Source of the DNA: Uncultured Candidatus Berkiella sp.
GTDB lineage: Bacteria; Pseudomonadota; Gammaproteobacteria; Berkiellales; Berkiellaceae
Assembly (NCBI GenBank): GCA_964496435.1
Contig: CAZBZP010000005.1
Coordinates: 10,097 to 74,096 of the forward strand
Reading direction: 5' to 3'
DNA length: 64,000 nucleotides
The translations under genes were made by a program, and so were the position numbers. Of this stretch, positions 26,036-35,776 are shown one piece after another; the first letter of the stretch is position 1; every line of letters starts with the position of its first letter. Below the pieces are notes generated by a model. That model was not told the DNA's origin. It ran no database searches and worked only from the letters and a program-made list of their open reading frames with translations.

Positions 26036-28594
26036 CTAATACAATGGAATTTCCTCAGGTGGGAAGTAATTCTTGTTAGGATTCGAAAGCCATTGTTGTC
26101 GTGAAGCCAAGGGGGTATAGCCAGGAATTTTTTGTCTTAAACGACCATCAGGGTTATTCATACCAATCGCACTTAAGCCTTTGAATACCAGTTGTGCAAA
26201 GAATCCTGTGGCATAGGCATTAGGGTAAAAGTGATTGTTTGAAATGCGATAGCGCGAGCCAACCAGCTGAACAGCAATACAACAAGCGTTATATTCGAAG
26301 CCACCCACCACTTCAACAGTTTGCTTTTTCTCAAAATCATAGCGCCAAAGCGACAACAAATCCCAATGCAAACTCACCGGCCAAAGAATGGATGCATCTG
26401 CTTGGCTTAAACTGCCCATTTCGCCGGTATTGACGTCCGTTTGGGCAATGTCATGCTTTAACCAATAGTAGTTGGCATTAAACACTTTATGGGCACTAGG
26501 ACGGTACTGCATATTAAAGGCAGCTTGCTCTGCTACCCTTTGCACGCTATCCCATTCCCAGAATATGCCACCGGAAAGTGTCGGTGATGCATGTAACTCT
26601 GCTTGTGCTATCAGCTTGGAATGTTTTTCGGTATCGCTATCATCTTCAAATGAAAAGCAGCCATTACCTTGACCTAAATCTTCGCACAAAGAAACTTGCC
26701 TATCTTGGAAGTAAAATATTTGACCGACACTGGCCCGTAATAATTCGTGGCCACCATTTATCGGCAGAAAGCGTGACATGACACTGACACTGACTTGGTT
26801 TGCATCACCTATTCTGTCTCGTCCGCTGAAACGATTATCTCGGAAAAGTTGCGCATAGCTAAAATTCATCACACCACTGTCAAAGTCAGGGTATAAATGT
26901 TGATCGCGAAAAGGAACATATAAATAATAAAGGCGTGGTTCTAAAGTTTGAACACCACTAAAAAAACGATAATTAATATCACGTTCAAAAAATAACCCAG
27001 AATCAACGTCATATAAGGGAATTGAGCGATTGGGCTCTTTGGGTAATTGTTGATTTTGGGCATCTTGCGACAAAGTTAAAGAATATTGTAGCCAATCCAG
27101 CTGCATGCGGGGCGTAATATAAAACCATTGTTCTTCTATCGGTAAACTCAGGCTTGGCCGCATGTGGAAACGCTGGCCAGTTGTTACAGGATTTTGCGTT
27201 ACCAATTGGGGGCGATGCGTAAAATTAACCGTTTCACCATTGAGCGCAAAGGTGAGTCCAAAAATTTGGTTTGGATAAATTCCTTGAAAAACCCATTGAG
27301 GCTGTCTTTTATAAATTTCTTCATTAATCGGTTTAGAGAGGGGCTGTAAGACTTGATATTCTTCAATATTAAAATAATGCGTCCAATAATCGCCATAATA
27401 AGACAAATTGGCTTGTTGTGGTAAATGGATAATGCTGGCTGTATTGATATCATTACCTAAATCCACAAAATAATTATCATCAGACACATAATCAAAAATA
27501 GCATTGAATTGCCAGCGACGGTTCCATTGGGTGCTGTGTCGAAAATTAAAAGCCGATCTATCATTGCTACCATGTAAGGCTACAATCCGCGGATCTTGAA
27601 AGGACAAACCTTCAGGCGGCGATAAGCGATTTTGCTGTTGAAAAAGCCCATATTTTCTATCATTGGGCAAAAAGTGCCATTGTAGGGTCCCTTCGCTGTT
27701 ATTAGCCCATAAATAACGTAATTTAGTTTGACCTTCCACGCCACGCTCAGATAACCACTTGCCGGCAAAAAGGAGATCATAATTGGGGGCAATATTCCAG
27801 TAATAGGGAATCGTAAATTCATAACCTGAATTACTACTTGAGCCATAACTGGGGAATAAGAAACCACTATGGCGTTCATTATCAATAGGGTAATTTAAAT
27901 AGGGAAAATAAAAGACAGGGTAGTCTTTCATTTTTAATTTTACATGCTTGGCTGTTGCACGACCGCTTTTTGGATAAAGAGAAATCTTATCTGCTTTTAA
28001 GGCCCAGGTGTTTTGATTGGGTGCACACGTCGTATAATTTGCTTTCTCTAAATGTAAATTCGAATCCTCATCGACATCAATGCTATCTGCATAGCCTCTG
28101 GCATGACGAGGATAGTAACGATAAAAAGCATTCTCAAAATGAAAGTGTTGTGGCTGGTGAATATATTCAGCCGAGGTTCCCCACACTCTTAAACTGGGCG
28201 CCACAAAGTGAATATTGCCATTGGCAATAATTTTATTCCATTCTTGTGATATTTCATCTCGCTCGACGATAATTTCATCGGTGTGTAAATAGCTTTCACC
28301 TTGATTAAATGTAACATCGCCGCGTAGTAATGAACGACCTTGGAGAGTAAACTCAGTTTCATTTGCTGACAGCACTAAGGGTAGTTGCCAATTATCTTTG
28401 GCTGAGAGTGTTGTGCTCTTGGCAAATGGCGCATAATGTCCTTGACATAGGCTCAATGAAGCAGGTTCTACTACCCAATCACTTTCTGGATCGATGCGCG
28501 TAGAATCACTTGATGGGTCTTGAGAACTGGCAAAGCAAGGATAGCTTGGGGCCAGTAATGCAAGTAAAAAAACTAGCTTCTTTATGCTGATCAA
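26036..28594 (-). CDS. lptD: LPS-assembly outer membrane protein LptD
   Basis: 852 aa, signal peptide, aromatic-rich beta-barrel repeats. lptD-surA-pdxA synteny. TTG start. Confidence 0.95.
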   Translation of the reverse strand: MISIKKLVFLLALLAPSYPCFASSQDPSSDSTRIDPESDWVVEPASLSLCQGHYAPFAKSTTLSAKDNWQLPLVLSANETEFTLQGRSLLRGDVTFNQGESYLHTDEIIVERDEISQEWNKIIANGNIHFVAPSLRVWGTSAEYIHQPQHFHFENAFYRYYPRHARGYADSIDVDEDSNLHLEKANYTTCAPNQNTWALKADKISLYPKSGRATAKHVKLKMKDYPVFYFPYLNYPIDNERHSGFLFPSYGSSSNSGYEFTIPYYWNIAPNYDLLFAGKWLSERGVEGQTKLRYLWANNSEGTLQWHFLPNDRKYGLFQQQNRLSPPEGLSFQDPRIVALHGSNDRSAFNFRHSTQWNRRWQFNAIFDYVSDDNYFVDLGNDINTASIIHLPQQANLSYYGDYWTHYFNIEEYQVLQPLSKPINEEIYKRQPQWVFQGIYPNQIFGLTFALNGETVNFTHRPQLVTQNPVTTGQRFHMRPSLSLPIEEQWFYITPRMQLDWLQYSLTLSQDAQNQQLPKEPNRSIPLYDVDSGLFFERDINYRFFSGVQTLEPRLYYLYVPFRDQHLYPDFDSGVMNFSYAQLFRDNRFSGRDRIGDANQVSVSVMSRFLPINGGHELLRASVGQIFYFQDRQVSLCEDLGQGNGCFSFEDDSDTEKHSKLIAQAELHASPTLSGGIFWEWDSVQRVAEQAAFNMQYRPSAHKVFNANYYWLKHDIAQTDVNTGEMGSLSQADASILWPVSLHWDLLSLWRYDFEKKQTVEVVGGFEYNACCIAVQLVGSRYRISNNHFYPNAYATGFFAQLVFKGLSAIGMNNPDGRLRQKIPGYTPLASRQQWLSNPNKNYFPPEEIPLY

Positions 28595-28662
28595 CTTTAT
28601 TATATCTATTATTAAATAAGGTTCCCGGCGAGTATATCATCTTTCATGTGGAGTTCATTCTG

Positions 28663-29703
28663 ATGGAAAATTTTGAATTAAATTTACGGCAATGGATTAG
28701 CCAACAACTTGGGACGCATGAGTTTCAGTTTAATGCTCTACCTGGAGATGCAAGTTTTAGAGCTTACTTTCGAATAAGACAGGGCGCAAACAGTTACATT
28801 GCAATGCTGGCCCCCCCTAGTAAAGAAAGAACGGATGATTTTGTTCGCATTGCTTGCGCTTGGCATGAGCAGGGGGTGCTTGTTCCTGAGATCTTAGCCT
28901 GGGAAAAGGCGCAAGGTTTTGTTTTGTTAACTGACTTTGGCGATGCCTTGCTGCTGGATAACCTGAATCCACAAAATGTGGAGAATTATTATCGAACGGC
29001 GATGCATGCGCTGGTTGATTTACAAAAGACTTGTCCCAAAGCTATTCATTTACCGCCTTATGATGCGCAATATGCCATGTTAGAGTTGAGTTATTTCCAA
29101 GATTGGTTTGTGCATCAGTTATTGGGGATTTCTTTTAGTGCCGAAGAAAGCACAGCTTGGGCAGATGCGGCGGAATTTATCATTCAACAATTTTGTGCTA
29201 TCCCCCAAGCGACGGTACATCGTGATTATCACTCACGCAATTTGATGGTAGTAGGACAATCAAAGCTGGGCATAATAGACTTTCAAGATGCTATGGTGGG
29301 CCCTATCACTTATGATTTAGTTTCACTCTTAAAAGATTGTTATATTACCTGGCCCCATAACGATATTAACCGTTGGGTATCTTATTTCTATGAAAAATTA
29401 CAAGAACAACAACAGCTAGCCCAGAACATATCATTGGCACAGTTTAATCAGTGGTTTGATATTGTTGGTTTACAAAGACATCTTAAAGTATTGGGGATCT
29501 TTTCTCGTTTAAAACTGCGTGATAATAAAGCCCACTATTTACAGCATTTACCGCGCATTATGCAATATATTTTAAATGTGACAACAAAATATGCCGTATT
29601 GGGCGGTTTTCATCAGTTTATGGTGAACACGGTTTTACCTAAAATGGAAGCTGCCTTATTGCAGCAGGGAATTCATTCAGCAACAGAGGTCAAAGTAGCC
29701 TGA
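28663..29703 (+). CDS. amgK: anomeric MurNAc/GlcNAc kinase (aminoglycoside phosphotransferase fold)
   Basis: APH-type motifs (VHRDYHSRNLMV, IDFQDA). Divergent from lptD and translationally coupled to murU, as in Pseudomonas. Confidence 0.8.
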   Translation: MENFELNLRQWISQQLGTHEFQFNALPGDASFRAYFRIRQGANSYIAMLAPPSKERTDDFVRIACAWHEQGVLVPEILAWEKAQGFVLLTDFGDALLLDNLNPQNVENYYRTAMHALVDLQKTCPKAIHLPPYDAQYAMLELSYFQDWFVHQLLGISFSAEESTAWADAAEFIIQQFCAIPQATVHRDYHSRNLMVVGQSKLGIIDFQDAMVGPITYDLVSLLKDCYITWPHNDINRWVSYFYEKLQEQQQLAQNISLAQFNQWFDIVGLQRHLKVLGIFSRLKLRDNKAHYLQHLPRIMQYILNVTTKYAVLGGFHQFMVNTVLPKMEAALLQQGIHSATEVKVA

Positions 29704-30395
29704 TGCGCGCCATGATTTTAGCTGCAGGTCGAGGCACACGCCTACGGCCTTTAACAGATACATGCCCTAAACCACTTATTAAAGTGTGTGATAAATCTTT
29801 AATTGTTTATCATCTTGAGAATCTTAAATTGGCAGGATTCTCCGAGGTCGTCATCAATGTGCGTCACTTGGGTGAAAAGATCCAAGCTTATCTGGGTAAT
29901 GGTCATGCTTTTGGCTTGAATATTGTCTACTCAGTTGAAAATGAAGAACTTGAAGTTGGCGGTGGGATCTGCCAGGCCTTGCCTTTATTAGGTGAGGATC
30001 CCTTTGTCATTGTTAATGGTGACATCTGGACAGATTATCCCTTTGAAACTTTAAAACACAAGGCCAAAGGTTTGGCTTACTTAGTGTTGGTGCAAAATCC
30101 GCTTCATAATACAAAAGGGGATTTTGCAATTGGTGAAAACTATTTGTTAATAAGATCAAACCTTGAGCCAACCTATACCTATGCGGGCATCTCTGTTTTA
30201 CATCCGCATCTATTTGCAGATGCGACAAGGGGTGCTTCATTTCGTTTAGCGCCCTATTTAGATAAGGCAATTGCACAACAGGGTCTATATGGCGAATATT
30301 ATGATGGTGAATGGACTGATGTTGGCACGCTTGAGCGTTTGCAATTTTTAGAACAATCATTGAGCGCTCACTTTGCCAAAAAGATGAATTGTTAA
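29703..30395 (+). CDS. murU: N-acetylmuramate alpha-1-phosphate uridylyltransferase
   Basis: Nucleotidyltransferase motif AMILAAGRGTRLRPLTD. TGATG overlap with amgK. Confidence 0.8.
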   Translation: MRAMILAAGRGTRLRPLTDTCPKPLIKVCDKSLIVYHLENLKLAGFSEVVINVRHLGEKIQAYLGNGHAFGLNIVYSVENEELEVGGGICQALPLLGEDPFVIVNGDIWTDYPFETLKHKAKGLAYLVLVQNPLHNTKGDFAIGENYLLIRSNLEPTYTYAGISVLHPHLFADATRGASFRLAPYLDKAIAQQGLYGEYYDGEWTDVGTLERLQFLEQSLSAHFAKKMNC

Positions 30396-31199
30396 ATGAA
30401 CATATTTGGCAAGATATTTGGGGCCATTTTTGGCTATTTAATGTATGGTCCATTGGGCTTAATTATTGGGGTTGGTATCGGTCATATATTTGATAGGGGA
30501 CTATCCTTAAATGATGCGATTTCCAAAAATCCTGATGTTGTTTTAGCCAGAAAGGTTTTTTTTAAGACAACATTTACCATGATGGGCTATATTGCCAAAG
30601 CTGATGGCAGAGTCTCTGAGCAAGAAATTCAAGTGGCAAGAGAAGCGATGTCTCACCTGCAACTCACTGCCGATCAAAAAATGTCGGCTATTCAATATTT
30701 TAATCAAGGAAAATCACCCGATTTTAATTTTAATGCGGCCTTGGATAATTTTGTTAAAAATTGTGGCCGTCATCCGCAACTGGTGAGACTTTTCGTTGAA
30801 ATCCAAATTCAAGCAGCATTAGTTGATGGACAGCCACATCATATAAAGCGCCAAGTATTAGAAATATTATGTGATAAATTACATATACCACGCTCTGTCT
30901 TGTGGCAAATGGAATCTGCACGTTCTACTGACAAAGGTTATAATTATGAACAGCGTGAAAGCCAAGTCTCTGTAAAACCACAAGATGAATTAGCAGATGC
31001 TTTTAAAGTGCTTGAAGTGCCAGATACTTCAAGTCATGCCCAAGTGAAAAAGGCCTACCGAAAACTGATGAGCTTACATCATCCTGACAAATTGCTGGCC
31101 AAAGGTTTACCAAATGAAATGATCAAAGTAGCTACTGAAAAAGCGCAAAAAATTCAGAATGCTTATGATTTAATTTGCAAATATCGGGCTTGGCATTAA
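30396..31199 (+). CDS. djlA: DnaJ-like membrane co-chaperone DjlA
   Basis: N-terminal TM segment, TerB-like middle region, C-terminal J-domain with HPD (YRKLMSLHHPDK). Confidence 0.9.
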   Translation: MNIFGKIFGAIFGYLMYGPLGLIIGVGIGHIFDRGLSLNDAISKNPDVVLARKVFFKTTFTMMGYIAKADGRVSEQEIQVAREAMSHLQLTADQKMSAIQYFNQGKSPDFNFNAALDNFVKNCGRHPQLVRLFVEIQIQAALVDGQPHHIKRQVLEILCDKLHIPRSVLWQMESARSTDKGYNYEQRESQVSVKPQDELADAFKVLEVPDTSSHAQVKKAYRKLMSLHHPDKLLAKGLPNEMIKVATEKAQKIQNAYDLICKYRAWH

Positions 31200-31247
31200 T
31201 ATAAGCTTCATCATTATTAATTGATGCTAAAACATAGGTAGCGCCTA

Positions 31248-31430
31248 TTATTTAGGGCGAGCTACTTTTTGTTCTTGCTCCACAGGCTTAGAATCTTGCT
31301 TTTGGCTAGGGGAACACACGGACAGTGGCATTCTTTGATAGTGAGTAATGTGTGTATTAATACGTTCTTCAGCGGCTCTTCTTTGTTCTTGCGGTAATTG
31401 ATTAAATATCTCTTGCGCCATATTCCACAT
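31248..31430 (-). CDS. possible small hypothetical protein (60 aa)
   Basis: The only ORF in a 400-bp gap. Hydrophilic, with no recognisable motif or convincing SD. May be non-coding. Confidence 0.25.
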   Translation of the reverse strand: MWNMAQEIFNQLPQEQRRAAEERINTHITHYQRMPLSVCSPSQKQDSKPVEQEQKVARPK

Positions 31431-31556
31431 GATTGTGACCTTTTTTTAAAAAAATATGTAAGAGTGTAATGAGTATAAAGGCCAAAATCATATTAAAACT
31501 GACAGCTGCTTAGAAAAAAGCGACGCATAAACGAAAGTAGCACTAAATTCGACCTA

Positions 31557-31587
31557 AAATGCTGCGCAAGCTTAAGCGCAGCATTTT
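31557..31587. terminator. bidirectional rho-independent terminator downstream of the IolC-like gene
   Basis: AAAATGCTGCGC-AAGCTTAA-GCGCAGCATTTT: 12-bp perfect arms (8-bp GC-rich core plus its AAAA/TTTT flanks). Confidence 0.8.
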
Positions 31588-31606
31588 GGATTATCTAAAA
31601 GATAAC

Positions 31607-33475
31607 TCAGGCAGTTTTAGCAGATTGTGCTTTGGCTTTTGCTTGTTGCCAAGAAGCAATTGCCTTCTCAAAGTTACGGCTCACCGCATCAATGAGGGCT
31701 TGATTGCTTATCATTTGTGCACACCATTGGTTAAGCTCAACTTGGAACAAACTCTTATCAACCACAAAGCCTTTGCAGAAATCTTGTTTGGCTGCATTAT
31801 TAAACATCATTTGTAGTTGCTCATTAGTGGCTTGTAAGCCCAAGAGCATAACACCTTTGCAGAACCTATCGTTTTCAGTAATGACACGTTGCATATTTTC
31901 GAAACTACGTTGATCGCGCGGTGGCACTATTTGCCACCAGTCAGGGTAAATACCAATTTCATACATGCGCTGCATAATATGACTAATCGTGCTGGCAGTT
32001 ATTAAGCTGCTAGCGCTGGGGGCTAAATCTAATATTAATTCATGTCCGGTTCTACGTGTTGCTAAATAAAGATGACTTAACACGGCTTCTTGTTGCTGAC
32101 GTAGCGCATATCTATCATCAGGATGATAAACAAAGGTTAATTTAACCGCGTGATGTTTGGGCCAATGTAACAAAGTATGTGTGACATCGGTATCACCTTG
32201 AAATTGCAATGGCACTTGTCCTGGCACTTCTAAACCGCGCATCAGAAGATGAGGAGCACTTAAGGCATCAAGCAATTCATTTTCAGGGAAAGCATCTGTC
32301 AAAATGCTCACATTCGGATAATCCATCGCTGCTTTTTGAATACCGGTTGCTATCAGCATTTTGGCTTGGGTGATGACTTCTTCATCCACATTTGCCGCTT
32401 CGGCCATTTTTAGCCATTGTTGATGTGTGCCAAAATTGAAGGTGTAGAGTTCATCTTGATGAGAAACACGTCTTGTTGCGTAATGTATATGTTCAAACAA
32501 AGGCGTACGAATGGTTTGTACCACTTGTGATTGTGAAGATAAATAAATCGTTAACTCATCTAAGCTGGGTAAACTGTCGCTATGATCTTCTCGTTCTTGG
32601 GTAAGGCTTAAGCCTGCCATCGCATATTCACAACATTTTTCCTGCGAAAATCCATTTAACCAAGCATAAACACCGCTGATGATAAAAGATTCTTTAGCAG
32701 TAAAAGGCGTATTCTTATCAAGGCCAAAACCCTTATGGTGAGGGGTGGATTCAACATCTAGAGGTATTTGTGAGAAGCAAAAACAACCTTGGTTATTTTT
32801 TAGCATAAACAGTGCGTTGGTTAAGGTGCGCAATTGGGTTAATGCGTTGTATGCCTCTTTTTCACCAATGAGATATTTAAAGTCTTGTTCATAACCAACG
32901 ATCAATGAACAATGCGGTAATATTTTAAGTAATGTGCTTTGATTGTTATCATCAATATAATCTAGAGCAAGAATAATCTTAGTGTCTCTTTGTTGAGCAG
33001 CATCAATGGCGGCATTAATAATACGTTGACCATTTGTGGTCTCAAAACTAGAGCTGGTGATGAGCAGTGCTTGTGCTTTAGCAATAAAAGCAGCAGAAAG
33101 AAAAGCTTCATCTGCTAAGATAGGTGCGCCTTGATTTTTATAATGAATTAAAGGAAAGGACAATCGATTTTGCGTAGCACGGAACATGATGGCGCTTTGA
33201 TTTTGGCTATCCATTTGCACCTGCGAGATATCCACCTTTTCATGTTGCATCGTTTCAATAATAAATTGACCCAAATCATCTTGGGCTATGGATGAAATCA
33301 AAGCGGTATTCAATCCCAAACGTGCAAAACCTTTGGCATAAGCGGTTATTCCCCCGACATGCTTTTTAAAAGAGAGCATGTCCTTAAGGCTGGCACCAAT
33401 TTGCTCGCCATAAAAATCGACAAAAGATTGCCCAATTACAATAATGTCGAAGATAGGTGGGGTAGGTGTTTTCAT
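31607..33475 (-). CDS. IolC-like PfkB-family sugar kinase fused to a DUF2090 domain (622 aa)
   Basis: The N-terminus FDIIVIGQSFVDFYGEQIGASLKDMLSFKKHVGG resembles 5-dehydro-2-deoxygluconokinase. The C-terminal half (YPDWWQI..., CKGFVV) resembles DUF2090 as recalled. No other iol genes are nearby. Confidence 0.6.
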   Translation of the reverse strand: MKTPTPPIFDIIVIGQSFVDFYGEQIGASLKDMLSFKKHVGGITAYAKGFARLGLNTALISSIAQDDLGQFIIETMQHEKVDISQVQMDSQNQSAIMFRATQNRLSFPLIHYKNQGAPILADEAFLSAAFIAKAQALLITSSSFETTNGQRIINAAIDAAQQRDTKIILALDYIDDNNQSTLLKILPHCSLIVGYEQDFKYLIGEKEAYNALTQLRTLTNALFMLKNNQGCFCFSQIPLDVESTPHHKGFGLDKNTPFTAKESFIISGVYAWLNGFSQEKCCEYAMAGLSLTQEREDHSDSLPSLDELTIYLSSQSQVVQTIRTPLFEHIHYATRRVSHQDELYTFNFGTHQQWLKMAEAANVDEEVITQAKMLIATGIQKAAMDYPNVSILTDAFPENELLDALSAPHLLMRGLEVPGQVPLQFQGDTDVTHTLLHWPKHHAVKLTFVYHPDDRYALRQQQEAVLSHLYLATRRTGHELILDLAPSASSLITASTISHIMQRMYEIGIYPDWWQIVPPRDQRSFENMQRVITENDRFCKGVMLLGLQATNEQLQMMFNNAAKQDFCKGFVVDKSLFQVELNQWCAQMISNQALIDAVSRNFEKAIASWQQAKAKAQSAKTA

Positions 33476-33606
33476 CGTCCGGGTTCCTTTTTGAATCTGA
33501 TTATTTTGTAGACTAAATCAGTTAAAATAACCAGAAGCGCTAATCCATAAGCACAAGTTCTATCAATCTACAATATAGTATGGACTGCAATTTAGGAATG
33601 AAAAGT

Positions 33607-33633
33607 GCGCCATGAGAGAAAATTTCATGGCGC
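33607..33633 (-). terminator. hairpin/terminator between the TetR gene and the IolC-like gene
   Basis: GCGCCATGA-gagaaaatt-TCATGGCGC: 9-bp perfect stem. On the minus strand it is followed by ACTTTTCATT, a partial U-tract, so it may attenuate rather than fully terminate. Confidence 0.5.
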
Positions 33634-33659
33634 AATCAAAGAAAGGCAAAAATGGTACT

Positions 33660-34226
33660 TTAGACAGTTGCTAACCATTCTTGTAAAGATTCACTTTGGC
33701 GTTCCATGTATTGTGGCTCTTTAAAAGTCAGTGTTAACAAGTTCATTCCTTGGATAGCTGCTAAATAATAAGTAGCTAATTGAGAAGAACGTTCACCTTT
33801 GCCCATTTCACGGAATTGGGATTCAACCCATTTAAGAATGTCAGCCATGAGCTTAGAAGCTGCTGTAGCAAGCACGCCACCTTGTTTGCCAAGTTCTTGG
33901 CAAAGGCTACCAATTACGCAGCCAAAACGAGCCAAGGTTTCTGATTGCGCGTTGTTATGGTGCAGCAAAGCAGTTAAACGTTGTTTAATATCTGGAATTT
34001 GTTCCCATTGTTGGAAAAGATTACGCCATTCGGTCATACGGCGATGTAATACCGCATCCATGATGGCTTCTTTGGTTTTAAAATAATAGTAAACGTTTCC
34101 TAAAGGAACGTCCGCTAGCTTAGCGATATCCGCTAATGTAGTGGTATGGAAAGTTTGTTCATAAATTAATTTATCGGCGGCTTCAATCAGTCGCTCCCGC
34201 TTGTCATTTCTTCTTGCTCTTGGCAT
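33660..34226 (-). CDS. TetR/AcrR-family transcriptional regulator
   Basis: N-terminal HTH (FHTTTLADIAKLADVPLGNVYYYFKTKEAI) with an all-helical C-terminal domain. Confidence 0.9.
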   Translation of the reverse strand: MPRARRNDKRERLIEAADKLIYEQTFHTTTLADIAKLADVPLGNVYYYFKTKEAIMDAVLHRRMTEWRNLFQQWEQIPDIKQRLTALLHHNNAQSETLARFGCVIGSLCQELGKQGGVLATAASKLMADILKWVESQFREMGKGERSSQLATYYLAAIQGMNLLTLTFKEPQYMERQSESLQEWLATV

Positions 34227-34449
34227 GTCAGTCTCCCTTTACTCCAATGTACAGCCGATGTTAATAATCTAGTTAAACGAGAAAGGCTGGAATATTAACA
34301 TAAGTTGATCTGCTTGTCATATCCCTTTTTAATTTCTACGGCGGTATATGAGGTGGCTTATGTTAGCAAAATTTTCAATAAAAGGTGGAATTCTTCAGCA
34401 TACAAGTTAAACTCAAAAAAACCCCTTTGATCTTAAGGATGAGAACAAG

Positions 34450-35013
34450 GTGTTTTTAGTTAAAAAACAAACTTGTGTAATTTTTCTCTTGTGCATGTTT
34501 AGCGTTACTGCAAAAGCTAACCTTGGTGTTGCTTTTGGTAGTGGGCAAGGCATTCAAGATATTAAACCCTATCGCTTAGCGCTGTCTTGGGATTTTGGAC
34601 CCATTTGGCGAAAGGATGAGCTATGGGGACTTAACGCAGTATGGGAAAGTAGTTTCGCTGTTTGGAATGGTCCTGATAGACCTCACCTTGGCCCTGACCG
34701 TGCAACAAATTTAAATGCATTTACCTCCGGCCCTATGTTTCGTTGGCAACGCCAACAAGCATTTTCTTCAAGCAAGATAAAACCTTACACTGAGTTAGGA
34801 GTGGGACTATCTTGGTTATCAGAAACTGAAATTCAAGGGCGCATTTTGTCGCTGCACTTTCAATTTGAAGATAAATTTGGATTAGGCTTTCGTTTTGGCA
34901 AGCATCAGCAGTATGATGCCTCCATCCGCGCTTACCATTATTCCAATTGCTCCATTAAACGACCCAACAGTGGTGTGAATTTAGCCATGGCCAGCGTTGG
35001 GGTATGGTTTTAG
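34450..35013 (+). CDS. outer-membrane acyloxyacyl hydrolase (lipid A 3-O-deacylase, PagL family)
   Basis: Signal peptide, 8-strand-sized beta-barrel, C-terminal catalytic HYSN motif and terminal aromatic residues (VGVWF). GTG start follows AAGGA. Confidence 0.6.
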   Translation: MFLVKKQTCVIFLLCMFSVTAKANLGVAFGSGQGIQDIKPYRLALSWDFGPIWRKDELWGLNAVWESSFAVWNGPDRPHLGPDRATNLNAFTSGPMFRWQRQQAFSSSKIKPYTELGVGLSWLSETEIQGRILSLHFQFEDKFGLGFRFGKHQQYDASIRAYHYSNCSIKRPNSGVNLAMASVGVWF

Positions 35014-35096
35014 AAATATTGCGAGGGCGGACTTCATGTGGGCCCAGTTTAATGAGAAAATAGAAGAATTAATAATTCCAAATTTAAGATGAAACC

Positions 35097-35771
35097 ATGC
35101 AACCCTATGCTATAGCCCCTTCCATTTTATCCGCAGATTTTGCCAAATTAGGCGATGAAGTTAATGCCGTATTAAAAGCCGGCGCTGATATCATTCATTT
35201 TGATGTCATGGACAATCACTATGTACCCAATTTAACCATTGGACCCCTTGTCTGTGAAGCCCTACGAAAACATGGTGTTACAGCACCGATTGACGTTCAT
35301 CTGATGGTACAACCGGTTGATGCTTTAATTAGTATGTTTGTTAAAGCGGGTGCCTCCTATATTACTTTTCATCCTGAGGCCAGCAACCATATAGACAGAA
35401 GCTTGCAGTTGATCAAAGAAGGTGGTGCCAAAGCGGGTTTGGTATTCAATCCAGCGACCCCTCTTAATGTGTTAGAACACGTCATTGATAAAATCGATAT
35501 GATTTTATTAATGTCAGTGAATCCTGGTTTTGGTGGTCAGCAATTTATCCCCAGTGTGATGAATAAAATTCGCCAAGCCCGTGAAATCATTGATATTTCA
35601 AAAAGACCCATTCGCTTAGAAGTAGATGGTGGTGTGAAAATTGATAACATTGGTGAAATTGCTAAAGCAGGCGCAGATACTTTTGTTGCCGGCTCGGCTA
35701 TTTTTCAAACGCCTGATTATCAAAAAACCATTCAAGCGATGCGAGAGGAAATCAAAAAAGCTGTGGGGTAA
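35097..35771 (+). CDS. rpe: ribulose-phosphate 3-epimerase
   Basis: [14 protein letters not shown]..., [28 protein letters not shown]: near-textbook Rpe. Confidence 0.97.
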   Translation: MQPYAIAPSILSADFAKLGDEVNAVLKAGADIIHFDVMDNHYVPNLTIGPLVCEALRKHGVTAPIDVHLMVQPVDALISMFVKAGASYITFHPEASNHIDRSLQLIKEGGAKAGLVFNPATPLNVLEHVIDKIDMILLMSVNPGFGGQQFIPSVMNKIRQAREIIDISKRPIRLEVDGGVKIDNIGEIAKAGADTFVAGSAIFQTPDYQKTIQAMREEIKKAVG

Positions 35772-35776
35772 ACCCC

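Noticed and set aside
30013-30453. 146-aa ORF antisense to the murU/djlA junction
   Set aside because: It overlaps two conserved, translationally adjacent genes, with no independent coding evidence.
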